A DNA stretch of 64,000 nucleotides from an uncultured Planctomycetia bacterium (GCA_964634945.1 CAZWMG010000004.1:52528-116527); one strand, 5' to 3'. Positions 1-12,878 are shown, numbered from the stretch's first letter. Notes: generated by a model not told the origin, from the letters alone. Translations and numbers: made by a program.

Positions 1-1309
1 TAACGCGCACTCTGTTACGCTTTGCTTGATCCTGCAAGAACTCCATCCAGCTCGCTGTGTTAAAATCGTTGCGATGCTTCTTATAATACTTAAAGTCATT
101 TGGCACGAGTTTAAGATTTAGAAAATTATTCAGCACCTGTAAGCTTTTCGAAATTTCGTATAGCTTGCGCTGTTTGTCGTTTTTTATTAATACATTTTCT
201 ATCGCAGTTGACAGTCCGTCCGCTTCTTCGAACAATTTAACGGTATCTATGTCCTCATGCGCGCGCACATACGCCACGTATTTTTCTAGGTTCGGATAAT
301 CGCTAATCGGCTCTTGCGCGTTGTTTGCCTCGCTTACCAGGTATTCATGATACTCCGATGGAGTAAGCTTGTTAAGCCGAAATTCAAGCGACTTTGTGAC
401 CAAATTCGTCAGTTGTTGTTTTGTGAGTTTTTTAGACAGCTGCTCAATAAGCGCGCTTCTCTCTTTTTCCACAACAGGGAATTTAATATCCTTTTCCATG
501 CCCGTAACTTCAATAAAGCGTGTAAAATCAGGGTAAGTACTGAGGCCCTGCCTGGTCTTGCCTGCAAGCATGTTTATATATTTGTAATAATCCGCCAAAC
601 TTATCTGCTCGTCTTCATATTCTTGCCGCGCCTTGTCGAGCTCTAGTAACTGCGGGGAATAAATCTTCTTTTGCAACGCTCTCACGACCGTGCTTATACC
701 GCCAATCTCCTTGTTCGCTTTTTCGCGAAATTGCTCTATAGCAAAAAAGGTGTCGAGATTGGCCTTGTATAGCTCTTCCTCTTCAAGCCCTTCAAGCACT
801 AGGTCGTAATCGGAGATTATATCGAGATATTCCTCTCCTGATATCTTGCCGGATTTAAGGTATTCCTCCGCTACGTCAAGCCTGCGCTCCTTATCCGCGT
901 ATGAACGCAGATACGAAAGGCTAACATCGCCCCAGCCGCCCTCTACCATAACTAGTCGTAAGTCATTATTTTGAACAAGCGCGTCTATAATGCGGCTTGA
1001 GTTCTTCTGCGCCTCATAGTTAGTGTGAATATCCTGAATATGTATTACTATCTTCGCGTCATCAGATTGTGCCTTATAACCTTCTACTATATGACCGGCG
1101 CCTTCTGGGATATCGATAGATAAAGGCAGGCTATCCTTGGCACTGCCCACATCGGAATCCGCTGGTAGCGCGGCCGGCAATACGGGCTGAACCGCTAGTC
1201 GATGTTTCTGCTTTTCGTAAAACCTCGCTATTCTTGGTGCGACTATCACAAGTATCGCCAGCGCGCACAATATTGCTGATGATAATACCACTATTCGTTT
1301 TTTAAGCAC
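1..1309 (-). CDS. Membrane-anchored/secreted protein with EreA/ChaN/TIKI-like domain (partial, runs off the window); paralog of the N-terminal domain of the 2200-aa protein
   Basis: Absent from the ORF track because it has no stop in the window. Hand translation from GTG at 1309 (AAGGAG RBS upstream) gives MLKKRIVVLSSAILCALAILVIVAP...SIDIPEGAGHIVEGYKA...IVIHIQDIH...MVEGG...EGLEEEELY, and the same frame near the left edge reads YPNLEKYVAYV...LKLVPNDFKYY; both align by eye with 32288..38890. Confidence 0.88.
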   Translation of the reverse strand, partial: MLKKRIVVLSSAILCALAILVIVAPRIARFYEKQKHRLAVQPVLPAALPADSDVGSAKDSLPLSIDIPEGAGHIVEGYKAQSDDAKIVIHIQDIHTNYEAQKNSSRIIDALVQNNDLRLVMVEGGWGDVSLSYLRSYADKERRLDVAEEYLKSGKISGEEYLDIISDYDLVLEGLEEEELYKANLDTFFAIEQFREKANKEIGGISTVVRALQKKIYSPQLLELDKARQEYEDEQISLADYYKYINMLAGKTRQGLSTYPDFTRFIEVTGMEKDIKFPVVEKERSALIEQLSKKLTKQQLTNLVTKSLEFRLNKLTPSEYHEYLVSEANNAQEPISDYPNLEKYVAYVRAHEDIDTVKLFEEADGLSTAIENVLIKNDKQRKLYEISKSLQVLNNFLNLKLVPNDFKYYKKHRNDFNTASWMEFLQDQAKRNRVRV

Positions 1310-1371
1310 AATGTCTCCTTGTTTTAGTGTCGTTATATCACTTATAAAATACTTTTACCAACTTAATATGA

Positions 1372-1400
1372 AGTATAGCACACCATTTTCCGGATGTCAA
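1372..1400 (-). promoter_or_regulatory. sigma70-type promoter for the 1..1309 gene
   Basis: Minus strand TTGACA-N17-TATACT. Confidence 0.7.
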
Positions 1401-1492
1401 GCCCTAGATGCGGACATTTGCAACTACACTTACTCTACAACGTCATGGTTAAGCGCCGGATCTGGCCTATCAAAAAAATGAGGCCGCGGTGC

Positions 1493-3265
1493 TTATACGC
1501 GAAACAGGTTCTTCAGCCCCTCCTTATGCAAGATCTTGAGAGCTTGACGCACATGCTTCTTGTTGCGGGGATCCTTGTATTGTAAGAGCGCCCTTTGCAT
1601 CGCCCTTTCTCCCTGGGTTTTGGCCACATATATTTTTTTTCCTGTGTACGGATCCTTCTCTGTATAGTACATGGAACCTGATGTCGTCATGGGCAAAGGA
1701 ATGTAATCCTGTACCTGTTCCGGGTGAATGTGGTTTTTCGCGAGGTAGACTGCCAATTCAAGGGCATCACACAAGCGTGCGCCGGGGTGCGCTGTTATAA
1801 AATAATTTACTAGGTACTGCCTTTTGCCGGCTCTTTTACTAGCAGCCTCAAACCTGCTGATAAGCCTTGGATATTTATCAAACGCGGGTTTATTCATCAG
1901 CTTTAGCACAGGCGCGCTACAATGCTCGGGAGCAACTTTTAGTTGCCCGCTTACGTGAGATGCGCACAATTCATCCAGATATGCGTCTGAATAGTGGTCT
2001 ATTAATAGGTCATACCGCACCCCGCTACCAACAAATACATGTTGTACTCTGGGAACCTTCTTAAGCTCCTTCCAAAGCCGGATCGAATGTTCATAGCCCA
2101 GCTTCAGGTTCTTGCATTTTTCCGGCACAAGACACTGCTTATCGCGGCACGCGCCTGTTTTTTCCCACAAAGCGCAGGTTGCCATATACAGGTTTGCCGT
2201 TGGGCCACCAATATCTGTGACTGTCCCATGAAATGTTTTTTCTTTTGCGATCACTGATATCTCCTTTGCAATAGAGCGCGTGCTGCGACTTTGCACAATC
2301 CTACCCTGATGCAGGCCTAAGGAGCAAAAGCTGCATCCACCTGCGCACCCGCGGTGAGATGTGATCGAATGCTGCACAGTCGCGAACCCCGGAACCCCGC
2401 CATCTTTATCATACACGGTGTGCCAAGCGCGCATATATGGCAGGGCGTATATTCCATCTATCTCACTTGCTGTAAGCGGGGAAGCGGGGGGTTTCTGAAC
2501 AAGAAATCTATCGCCACATTGCTGGACAACTGCCTTACCTGAAAGCGGGTCTGATTCAGAGCATATAATCTTAAACGCTGCGTTAAACGCGTTCTTATCT
2601 TTTGCCATGCTCTCGAAAGAAGGGGACAAGACATAATCCTTAACCCCATCGAGCGTTTTTGCCACAACCACTGTACCGTTAATGTTGCTCAGATCAGGGG
2701 CGCCGATTGATTGTTTGAAGCGAGAAGCTATCTCTATAACTTGTTTCTCCCCCATGCCATAAACCAGAATATCAGCCTTTGCGTCCACTAAGAGCGAGCG
2801 CCTTACCTTGTTTGACCAGTAATCATAATGCGCGAGCCTGCGCATGCTTGCCTCTATGCCGCCTAAAACAATCGGCACGCCCTTAAATGCCTGTTTCAAT
2901 TTATTCGTATATATAATGCTTGCTCTTTCAGGCCTAAGAAACGCTTGCCCTCCTGGGGAATAATCATCTACATTGCGGATTTTCTTATTCGCGGTGTAGC
3001 GCGCGAGCATGGAATCAATATTACCTGCTGTAACCCCGAAAAAAAGCCTTGGCCTGCCCAGTATCTTAAAATCATCGAGGGTATGCCAATCCGGTTGAGC
3101 GATAATGCCCACTTTGAAGCCTGCGCCTTCTAATACCCTGCCTATAAGCGCGGCACCGTACGATGGGTGATCGACATACGCGTCTCCTGTGACCAACACT
3201 ATGTCCAGGCTGGACCAGCCACGTCTTGTCATATCCTTTTTTGATATCGGGAGAAAATCATTCAT
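1493..3265 (-). CDS. ygiQ: YgiQ-family (UPF0313) radical SAM protein
   Basis: GDAYVDHPS N-terminal motif, CAGGCSFC radical SAM motif, DIGGPTAN, SGQLKVAPEH, EQVQDYIP. Confidence 0.92.
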   Translation of the reverse strand: MNDFLPISKKDMTRRGWSSLDIVLVTGDAYVDHPSYGAALIGRVLEGAGFKVGIIAQPDWHTLDDFKILGRPRLFFGVTAGNIDSMLARYTANKKIRNVDDYSPGGQAFLRPERASIIYTNKLKQAFKGVPIVLGGIEASMRRLAHYDYWSNKVRRSLLVDAKADILVYGMGEKQVIEIASRFKQSIGAPDLSNINGTVVVAKTLDGVKDYVLSPSFESMAKDKNAFNAAFKIICSESDPLSGKAVVQQCGDRFLVQKPPASPLTASEIDGIYALPYMRAWHTVYDKDGGVPGFATVQHSITSHRGCAGGCSFCSLGLHQGRIVQSRSTRSIAKEISVIAKEKTFHGTVTDIGGPTANLYMATCALWEKTGACRDKQCLVPEKCKNLKLGYEHSIRLWKELKKVPRVQHVFVGSGVRYDLLIDHYSDAYLDELCASHVSGQLKVAPEHCSAPVLKLMNKPAFDKYPRLISRFEAASKRAGKRQYLVNYFITAHPGARLCDALELAVYLAKNHIHPEQVQDYIPLPMTTSGSMYYTEKDPYTGKKIYVAKTQGERAMQRALLQYKDPRNKKHVRQALKILHKEGLKNLFRV

Positions 3266-3390
3266 ATTCTATGCGAAAGTTTGTTGGTTGCGCTTTCCAA
3301 GTCCATTATAACATTTAACTTGGGGGAGAGCCATAACTCTTTAACTAAAGAACATAAAAGACATACCAAAAAAATCTGTTTTAGGACATA

Positions 3391-3421
3391 AAAAAACGCG
3401 GATTCTGGTATAGAATCCGCG
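3391..3421 (-). terminator. Intrinsic terminator after gyrA/tRNA-Glu
   Basis: 10-bp perfect stem CGCGGATTCT/AGAATCCGCG followed by a T run on the minus strand. Confidence 0.75.
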
Positions 3422-3432
3422 CAACAAAAAAG

Positions 3433-3672
3433 TGGGCCCCCTTCGCCTCACATATTAGAATATACTCGCAAGGCTACGGTGCCCATTACAGTAAAACAGG
3501 CGAAGTTTAAGAACCTATGATGCGGATTGCAGAACGGGGACTGACGGCGGTCCCAGCGGGCAGGCTTCGCTTTTTCCGAAGTTACATCGCGCCCAAGCTA
3601 CACCAGCCTATCCCGCAAGCTCAGGCTCATGGTAAGCAAAACCCGCCAAAAGGCGGGTTGCATCGAACCATG
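3433..3672. repeat. Cluster of REP-like imperfect hairpins downstream of tRNA-Glu
   Basis: Hairpins at 3433-3485 (CCTTCGC..GCTACGG), 3556-3616 (GGCTTCGC..GCTACACCAGCC) and 3628-3672 (CATGG..CCATG, overlapping the CCA end). Confidence 0.7.
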
Positions 3673-3746
3673 GTGACCCCAGCGGGACTCGAACCCGCGT
3701 AAACGGCTCGAAAAGCCGTTGTCCTAGACCGCTAGACGATGGGGCC
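3671..3746 (-). tRNA. tRNA-Glu(TTC)
   Basis: GGCCCCATCGTCTAGCGGTCTAGGAC-AACGGC TT TTC GA GCCGT-...GGTTCGAGTCCC...GGGGTCACCA; complete cloverleaf with encoded CCA. Confidence 0.96.
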
Positions 3747-3757
3747 ACTTAATATAC

Positions 3758-6187
3758 TTATTCGCCGGCAGCTACTAAGGCGATTGCTGAAACACTGTCT
3801 TTCGGGGTCTTTAGTGTGATCATCTTAACCCCCTGCGTAGAGCGGCCGCTTGCGCGAATACCTTTCACCGATGTTCGTACAATCGTACCGCTTTCCGTAA
3901 TAATCATGAGCTCGTCTCTGTCTGTCACCATCTTTAAGCCGATTGCGCAACCTATTTTTGGCGAAGTTTTGAGATTAATTATACCTTTTCCCCCGCGTGA
4001 TTGCAATCTATATTCGCCGACCGGCGTACGTTTTCCAAAGCCCTTTTCTGATGCTGTTAGTAGTGTCGCGTCATCCTGCGCCACTACCATACCGATCACG
4101 CTGTCTTTTTTACCCAGCGATATGCCCTTGACCCCTCGTGCGGCACGACCCATGCTGCGAATGTCTTGTGCCTTAAAGCGTATTGCCTTTCCGTCGCGTG
4201 TCGCAAGAATAACATCTTGATGATCATCTGTAAGCACAACCTCAATAAGGCTGTCATCCGCATCGATGGTAATGCCTATAATCCCGCCTTTACGCGGGTT
4301 TGCGTACGCAGCTAGTTCTGTCTTTTTGATAATTCCTTTTGCGGTAGCCATCACCAGAGCGCCACCTTTATCAAATTCCTTGACTCGCATAAACGCGCTT
4401 ATCCTCTCTCCCGGCATAAGCTGTAATAAATTTACCAGCGCCTTGCCTTTGGAAGTGCGAGCTGCCTGAGGTATTTCATGCACCTTAAGCCAAAAGACCT
4501 TGCCCTTGTCACTAAAAAACAATATATGCTCATGCGTTGTCGCAATGAACAAGTGCTCGATAAAATCTTCGTCTTTAAGTTCCGCGCCCATCACGCCTCG
4601 CCCGCCTCGGTTTTGTTTGCGGTAAGAACTAACAGGCAACCGCTTAATATATCCTCCGTGGCTTACTGTAATCACAACGTCTTCTTCCGCTATCATATCT
4701 TCAATCTGCAGGTCTTCTACCTCTCCTACGATATCTGTCCTGCGCTCGTCTCCATATTTTTTCTGCAGCTCCACTAACTCGTCTTTTATAATCTTAAGGA
4801 CTTTTTTGGCGCTGGCAAGTATTGATTCATAAAGCTCTATTTTTTTCAGCAACTCAAGATACTCCTCCTCTAACTTAGTTCTCTCAAGCGCCGTAAGGCG
4901 CTGTAGCTGCATCTCTAATATGGATTGGGCCTGTATCTCGCTTAAGCCAAAGTTTTTCACAAGCGCCTTCTTGGCGGATTGCGTATCTTTTGACTGCTTG
5001 ATTGTCTTAATAATCTTGTCTATGTGCGTAAGCGCTATCTTTAAACCCTCTAATATGTGCGCTCTATCTTGCGCCTTTTTTAATAAGTATTGTGTTCGCC
5101 TTGTTATGATCTCTTTTCTGTGGTCGATATATATATCCAGAAGCTGCCTAAGGGTCAGCACGCGCGGCTGGTTGTTAACAAGCGCAAGCATGATAATGCC
5201 AAAGGTCGATGAAAGCTGTGTATGTTTATAGAGCTGGTTAAGTACTACCTGAGCAGGCCTATCACGTTTTAGCTCAACCACAACGCGAATACCCTCTTTG
5301 TCTGATTCGTCTCTAATATCTGAAATGCCCTCGATCTTTTTATCGGTGACGAGCTTCGCTATAGATTCGATAAGATTGGACTTGTTAGCCTGATAAGGCA
5401 GCTCTGTGATGATGATTGATGATTTGCCGTTCTTCTGTTCTTCGATCTGCGCGCGTGCGTGTAGCTTGATACGCCCGCGGCCTGTTGTATATGCGCTATG
5501 GATACCGCTCTTGCCGCAAATAGTCGCGCCTGTCGGAAAATCGGGCCCCTTCACGATCTTTAAAAGGTCCTTTACCGGTATATTTGGCTCATCGATGATT
5601 CTTATGATAGCGCCTGCTATCTCATTAAGGTTATGAGGAGGCATATTGGTTGCCATCCCTACCGCTATGCCACTACACCCATTTACTAATAACGTAGGCA
5701 GCGCAGAGGGCAATAAGACCGGTTCTTTTAAAGAACCATCAAAGTTAGGGGCAAAATCTATCGTGTCTTTATCGATGTCTGTTAATAACTCGTCAGAAAT
5801 TGAGGCCATGCGCGCCTCTGTATATCTCATGGCAGCCGCGGGATCTCCGTCAACAGAGCCCCAGTTGCCTTGTCCATCAACTAGCGGGTAACGCAAAGCA
5901 AAATCCTGCACCATGCGCACTAAGGCGTCATAAATAGAAGAGTCCCCATGCGGATGGTAACGGCCTAAGCAGTCCCCTACTATACGCGCGCTTTTCTTGT
6001 ATGGCTTGCTGTGCTGTAACGCTAAGCCGTGCATAGTGTAGAGGATTCTACGCTGCACCGGCTTGAGGCCGTCGCGCGCGTCTGGAAGCGCTCGCCCAAC
6101 AATAACACTCATCGCATAATTGATATATGACTCTTTAATCTCCGCTTCCACATATCTCTTTGTAATTCTCTCGCCGTGCGTATACAT
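3758..6187 (-). CDS. gyrA: DNA gyrase subunit A
   Basis: [39 protein letters not shown] active site, GyrA box QNRGGRG, beta-pinwheel repeats. Confidence 0.99.
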   Translation of the reverse strand: MYTHGERITKRYVEAEIKESYINYAMSVIVGRALPDARDGLKPVQRRILYTMHGLALQHSKPYKKSARIVGDCLGRYHPHGDSSIYDALVRMVQDFALRYPLVDGQGNWGSVDGDPAAAMRYTEARMASISDELLTDIDKDTIDFAPNFDGSLKEPVLLPSALPTLLVNGCSGIAVGMATNMPPHNLNEIAGAIIRIIDEPNIPVKDLLKIVKGPDFPTGATICGKSGIHSAYTTGRGRIKLHARAQIEEQKNGKSSIIITELPYQANKSNLIESIAKLVTDKKIEGISDIRDESDKEGIRVVVELKRDRPAQVVLNQLYKHTQLSSTFGIIMLALVNNQPRVLTLRQLLDIYIDHRKEIITRRTQYLLKKAQDRAHILEGLKIALTHIDKIIKTIKQSKDTQSAKKALVKNFGLSEIQAQSILEMQLQRLTALERTKLEEEYLELLKKIELYESILASAKKVLKIIKDELVELQKKYGDERRTDIVGEVEDLQIEDMIAEEDVVITVSHGGYIKRLPVSSYRKQNRGGRGVMGAELKDEDFIEHLFIATTHEHILFFSDKGKVFWLKVHEIPQAARTSKGKALVNLLQLMPGERISAFMRVKEFDKGGALVMATAKGIIKKTELAAYANPRKGGIIGITIDADDSLIEVVLTDDHQDVILATRDGKAIRFKAQDIRSMGRAARGVKGISLGKKDSVIGMVVAQDDATLLTASEKGFGKRTPVGEYRLQSRGGKGIINLKTSPKIGCAIGLKMVTDRDELMIITESGTIVRTSVKGIRASGRSTQGVKMITLKTPKDSVSAIALVAAGE

Positions 6188-6269
6188 ACTATTCCCTTTT
6201 TTAGTGTCTCGTTGTGCGTCGCGCGTATCGCGTATTGCGTAAAAACTGTAACGCGATACGCAATACGAA

Positions 6270-8870
<2,601 letters not shown>

Positions 8871-8882
8871 TTATGCTATTTG

Positions 8883-9191
8883 CTAGCATTCTCCTGCTCT
8901 GAATTTGATTTTTATCGGGTTTTTGTTTTTCAAGTATCTATTAAGCCTTTTTTCTATTTTACTTCTGTTTATGTTTAATTGGTAAATCCATGTTGGACTA
9001 TCTACGTCTATTATTAGCGTTGTTTTGGTTATTTTTTTTGGTTTTGTGTGCCTTGCCGCGTTTTGCCCGGCCGCGTCTACCCACGCGGACCAGACCTCCT
9101 CTTCGCTTAAGAGGCCCTTTTTTTGTTCTTCCGCTGTCTTTATCGCCGCCTTAAGTACCTCTTTTAATGGTGTTGGGCCTGTATGTTTCAT
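8883..9191 (-). CDS. dciA: DciA / DUF721 family protein
   Basis: Lies between dnaN and gyrB; W..AAG...ARHTKP...LIIDVDSPTW pattern. Confidence 0.8.
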   Translation of the reverse strand: MKHTGPTPLKEVLKAAIKTAEEQKKGLLSEEEVWSAWVDAAGQNAARHTKPKKITKTTLIIDVDSPTWIYQLNINRSKIEKRLNRYLKNKNPIKIKFRAGEC

Positions 9192-9194
9192 TAT

Positions 9195-10286
9195 TTATAT
9201 TATTTGCATGGGCAGCACTATATATATGTATGTATCGTCTATACGTATAACGCCTGGTTTCTCCGGGCCTGTTAACTCTATCTCTACAATGTCTTGCTTT
9301 ATGCTTTTTAGCGCTTCTTGCAGGTATGTGGGATTAAACCCCACTAACAAGTCGTTGCCTGTATACTTAACCTCTATCTCTTCTTTTGTCTCTCCTATCT
9401 CTGGCGTTGCCTTCGAAACGACTAATTTGTTTTTTGTTAACTGTAGTTTTATCGCCTGTGATTCTGGTGTTGTAAGCAGGCTGGCCCTCTTTATAGCAGG
9501 TATAAGTTTATTGCGTTCTACTACAAGTTTTTTATCTGCCTCATTAGGTATCGCTTGCTTATAATCCGGGAATTCCCCCTCTACGAGCCTTGACACTATA
9601 TACAAGTTGTTTAAAGAAAATGTGACTTGGTTTTTTGAAAATTGTATTTTTATTTGTTCTGTATCATTTAAATTTTTTAAAAGTTCTTGTGTTGTTTTTG
9701 TGGGTATTATATATTTTTTTTCTTCTTGTGCGCTTGTCGCTTGTTTGTGTTTTACTATTGATAATCTTCTTCCGTCTGTTGCTATTAGTTTTATATTATT
9801 TTTTGATATAGCGCAGCAAATGCCGTTTAATACATATCTTGTTTCATCTCTGCTCATCGCGAACGTTGTTGCTAATAACATTTGTTTTAAGTCTGTTTGT
9901 TTTATTACAATTTCCTCTATTGTGGTTGGTGTTGGTAGTTGTGGGAATTCATCTTTTGGTGTAGTTAAGATTTTACATGTGGTTGTCTCTGTTTTTATAA
10001 TAATGGTGTTGTTTTTTTTAGCTGTTATCTCTATCTCTGTATTTGGTAGTTCTTTTATAATGTCTGCGAAGCGCTTTGCCGGTACGGTGACTGCTCCTTT
10101 TTCGTGAATCTTTGCCTCTGTTGTCGCTGTTATTCCTATATCTAGATCTGTTGCTGTGATTCTCACGTTGTTATTTACTTCTAGCAGTACGTTTAATAAT
10201 ATGGGTAATGTATTTTTTTGCGTTATCGCGCCAATAACAGCTTGTATTCCTAATAACAGATCATCTTTTTTTATACTTATCCTCAT
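9195..10286 (-). CDS. dnaN: DNA polymerase III beta sliding clamp
   Basis: ATDLDIG, ETRYVLNG, ATDGRRL, SRLVEGEFPDY, GFNPTYL, C-terminal VLPM. Confidence 0.98.
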   Translation of the reverse strand: MRISIKKDDLLLGIQAVIGAITQKNTLPILLNVLLEVNNNVRITATDLDIGITATTEAKIHEKGAVTVPAKRFADIIKELPNTEIEITAKKNNTIIIKTETTTCKILTTPKDEFPQLPTPTTIEEIVIKQTDLKQMLLATTFAMSRDETRYVLNGICCAISKNNIKLIATDGRRLSIVKHKQATSAQEEKKYIIPTKTTQELLKNLNDTEQIKIQFSKNQVTFSLNNLYIVSRLVEGEFPDYKQAIPNEADKKLVVERNKLIPAIKRASLLTTPESQAIKLQLTKNKLVVSKATPEIGETKEEIEVKYTGNDLLVGFNPTYLQEALKSIKQDIVEIELTGPEKPGVIRIDDTYIYIVLPMQII

Positions 10287-10367
10287 ATCAACAACCCTTA
10301 TTATTATAAATATATACTTTCTTAAAATAGTAATAGTAATTACTATTGTGTATAAGTCAATAACTCT
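10287..10367. other. oriC: oriC basal unwinding region (DnaA box, DnaA-trios, AT-rich stretch)
   Basis: Minus strand GTTATTGAC-TTATACACA (box at 10347-10355), then TACTATTACTATT trio-like repeats and an AT-rich tract, between dnaA and dnaN as in B. subtilis. Confidence 0.75.
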
Positions 10368-11741
10368 TTAACTAACGTCACGTATTTTAGTTACGATATT
10401 CTCTACCACACTCTTAATATGTGGATTCTTTTTAATATCTTCTTCTATCTTATCACACGCATGGATTATAGTGGAATGATCCCTGCCGCCAAATAATCCG
10501 CCAATCTCAACAAGAGGAAGTTTTGTCATTTCCCTAGATAAAAACATTGCGACTTGCCTGGGGTATGCCACTTTCTTGGTCCGCTTTTTAATCCGCATGT
10601 CATTACTGCCAATACCAAAATATTCCGCGACAACAAATTGTATCCTCTCAACATTTATATTAACCTTGTTTTCAACAACAATTTCCTTTAATACGTCGCG
10701 AGCAACAGCGATATCTATCTTATGGCTGACAAGGGACGAATACGCAATTACCCTAATTAACGCCCCCTCTAATTCACGAATGTTGGCGGTAACATTATCC
10801 GCTATATAAGTAATTACATCCATAGGGACAACAACAGTCTCTTTTTCAAGTTTTTTCTTTAATATGGCGATGCGCGTTTCCATGTCAGGTGGCTGCATAT
10901 CCGTAACAAGGCCCCACTCAAAACGAGATACAAGCCTCTTCTCCATCGCCGGCATCTCTTTTGGGGATCTGTCACTAGAAAAAACAATCTGCTTATGCGC
11001 GTCATAAAGCGTGTTAAAGGTGTGAAAAAACTCTTCCTGAGTAGCCTCTTTACCGGATATAAAATGTATATCATCTATTAAAAGAACATCCTGGTGCCGG
11101 TATTTATCTTTAAATTTTTGCGCAGTCCGGTTCTGAATAGAGTTAATAAGTTGATTAGTAAATTTTTCACTCGATATATAAGTTACTTTCAAGCGGGGTT
11201 GTTTTGCAAGGAGATGTAGGCCAATGGCCTGCATTAAATGGGTCTTACCAAGCCCTACGCCGCCATAAATAAACAGAGGGTTGTACGCCTTGGCAGGGCT
11301 ATCAGCGACGGCAAGGGCAGCGGCATGCGAGAAGCGGTTGCACCCGCCTATTACAAAATTATCAAACGTGTAGCGCTGGTTAAGAGTGGTGTCTTGCCCC
11401 CGGGCAAGTCTATCAAAAGAACGAGAAAATAGTTTAAAGCCCCCCTTCTTGTCGTTTATTTGCTCCGCGTCTTGGCCCTCCTGCGGAGCGTGCGCGCACA
11501 CAACAAAATTAATTTTTATTCCTTCGCTGCCAATCTCCCGGACTGCAGCATTAACCTGATCCATATAATGGTCAAGGAGCCACTCCTTAAAAAAATTATT
11601 CGGCACCTCAACAATAATTGTATCGCCTTCTACCTTAGTTTGCTTAGTAGGCACAAACCACGTCTCATAGCTTTGCGGGCTGATCTGTTTATGTAAACAA
11701 GCTAGAATCGACGTCCAGGTGTTATCTGTTGCGTGTACCAT
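10368..11741 (-). CDS. dnaA: Chromosomal replication initiator DnaA
   Basis: YNPLFIYGGVGLGKTHL, LLIDDI, RELEGAL, GGRDHSTIIH; start re-assigned to ATG 11741 (MVHATDNTW). Confidence 0.99.
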   Translation of the reverse strand: MVHATDNTWTSILACLHKQISPQSYETWFVPTKQTKVEGDTIIVEVPNNFFKEWLLDHYMDQVNAAVREIGSEGIKINFVVCAHAPQEGQDAEQINDKKGGFKLFSRSFDRLARGQDTTLNQRYTFDNFVIGGCNRFSHAAALAVADSPAKAYNPLFIYGGVGLGKTHLMQAIGLHLLAKQPRLKVTYISSEKFTNQLINSIQNRTAQKFKDKYRHQDVLLIDDIHFISGKEATQEEFFHTFNTLYDAHKQIVFSSDRSPKEMPAMEKRLVSRFEWGLVTDMQPPDMETRIAILKKKLEKETVVVPMDVITYIADNVTANIRELEGALIRVIAYSSLVSHKIDIAVARDVLKEIVVENKVNINVERIQFVVAEYFGIGSNDMRIKKRTKKVAYPRQVAMFLSREMTKLPLVEIGGLFGGRDHSTIIHACDKIEEDIKKNPHIKSVVENIVTKIRDVS

Positions 11742-12007
11742 ATAGAAAGACCTTGAAGTTTGCGTAAATTGTGTACAACTTGATATCATAATCAAGCGGC
11801 ACAAAAACGCACATATAATAAACAGCTACAATAAACATGTTGCCGCAGCCTTGCCGACGACAAAATAGTGAAAACAACAACACGGCTATTACTTTTTGCG
11901 TACAACACAGACAAGGTAGAACATAGCGCGCAAGACAACAGAACGCTTGCGCTAAACGAAATGATTATAACAGAAACAAGGGCATTTGCAAGAAAAAAGT
12001 TTTTAAC

Positions 12008-12035
12008 TTGACTTAGCGTGTGTTTATGATATACT
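12008..12035 (+). promoter_or_regulatory. rpmH promoter (extended -10)
   Basis: TTGACT-N16-TATACT with TG extension, 8 nt before the rpmH ATG. Confidence 0.6.
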
Positions 12036-12043
12036 TTCTTACT

Positions 12044-12181
12044 ATGAAAAAACATATTAAACAGAAATCAAACTTGAAGCGAAAGCGCACGCACGGATTC
12101 AGGCAGCGCATGAGCACCACGGGTGGCCAGGCAGTGCTTAAGCGGCGAAGACAAAAAGGTCGGAAAGTTTTGTCTGCATGA
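12044..12181 (+). CDS. rpmH: 50S ribosomal protein L34
   Basis: Hand translation [45 protein letters not shown] (45 aa, below the ORF track cut-off). Confidence 0.97.
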   Translation: MKKHIKQKSNLKRKRTHGFRQRMSTTGGQAVLKRRRQKGRKVLSA

Positions 12182-12558
12182 TACTTACCCCGCCTGCCCC
12201 GCGGCAGGCACCACCGCACCAGAAATTCAAACGACTTATCCGCACCAGTGATTTTATGCGCGCATATCGTCAAGGGCGCCGCGTTAGGGGTCATGTTGCG
12301 CGAATATATTATTTACCGAACCAACGAGCCTTCAGTCGTTTAGGTGTAGTAGTGAGTAAGCGGGTCAGTAAAAAGGCAACAGATCGCAATTGGCACAAGC
12401 GCGTTATCCGAGAGTGGTTCATGCAACACGCTAATATTGCTACTGTAGGCCACCTCGACATTGTAATTATGGTCATTAAGGCAATGCCCACGACGCAACC
12501 TGGTTCTGCCGAGCTCAGGAGAGCGCTTGCACTACTTAGTCAACAAATATTAACATAA
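12178..12558 (+). CDS. rnpA: Ribonuclease P protein component
   Basis: [29 protein letters not shown] motif; follows rpmH with ATGA overlap. Confidence 0.93.
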   Translation: MILTPPAPRQAPPHQKFKRLIRTSDFMRAYRQGRRVRGHVARIYYLPNQRAFSRLGVVVSKRVSKKATDRNWHKRVIREWFMQHANIATVGHLDIVIMVIKAMPTTQPGSAELRRALALLSQQILT

Positions 12559-12565
12559 ATCCACT

Positions 12566-12775
12566 ATGACATCTCTTATTAAACAGATAATACGCCTATA
12601 TCAGCACGCCTTTTTTTACAATAGACAATTCATGCAATGCAAATACCACCCAAGCTGTTCCGATTATATGATGCTTGCGCTAGACCGGTATGGTCTCTGG
12701 GGAGGCACTCTTAGGGGGCTTTGGCGCATTGTGCGCTGCAACCCTTTTGCAAAGGGCGGTATGGATATGCCGTAA
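12566..12775 (+). CDS. yidD: Membrane protein insertion efficiency factor YidD
   Basis: CKYHPSCSDY...RIVRCNPFAKGG. Confidence 0.95.
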   Translation: MTSLIKQIIRLYQHAFFYNRQFMQCKYHPSCSDYMMLALDRYGLWGGTLRGLWRIVRCNPFAKGGMDMP

Positions 12776-12878
12776 CGCATACTACAAGGCCAAGTGCACA
12801 AGGTTACGGCAATAGCAGTATAACCGTATCATCTTGAACCGTATCATCGCACAACACACTGAAAACAAAGGATTTATA

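Noticed and set aside
314-646. 110-aa plus-strand ORF
   Set aside because: Antisense shadow of the real minus-strand gene 1..1309.
3433-3616. Possible HDV-like ribozyme or riboswitch (GGCGAAG motifs)
   Set aside because: I could not build the nested pseudoknot; simple repeat hairpins shared with the tRNA-Gln locus explain it better.
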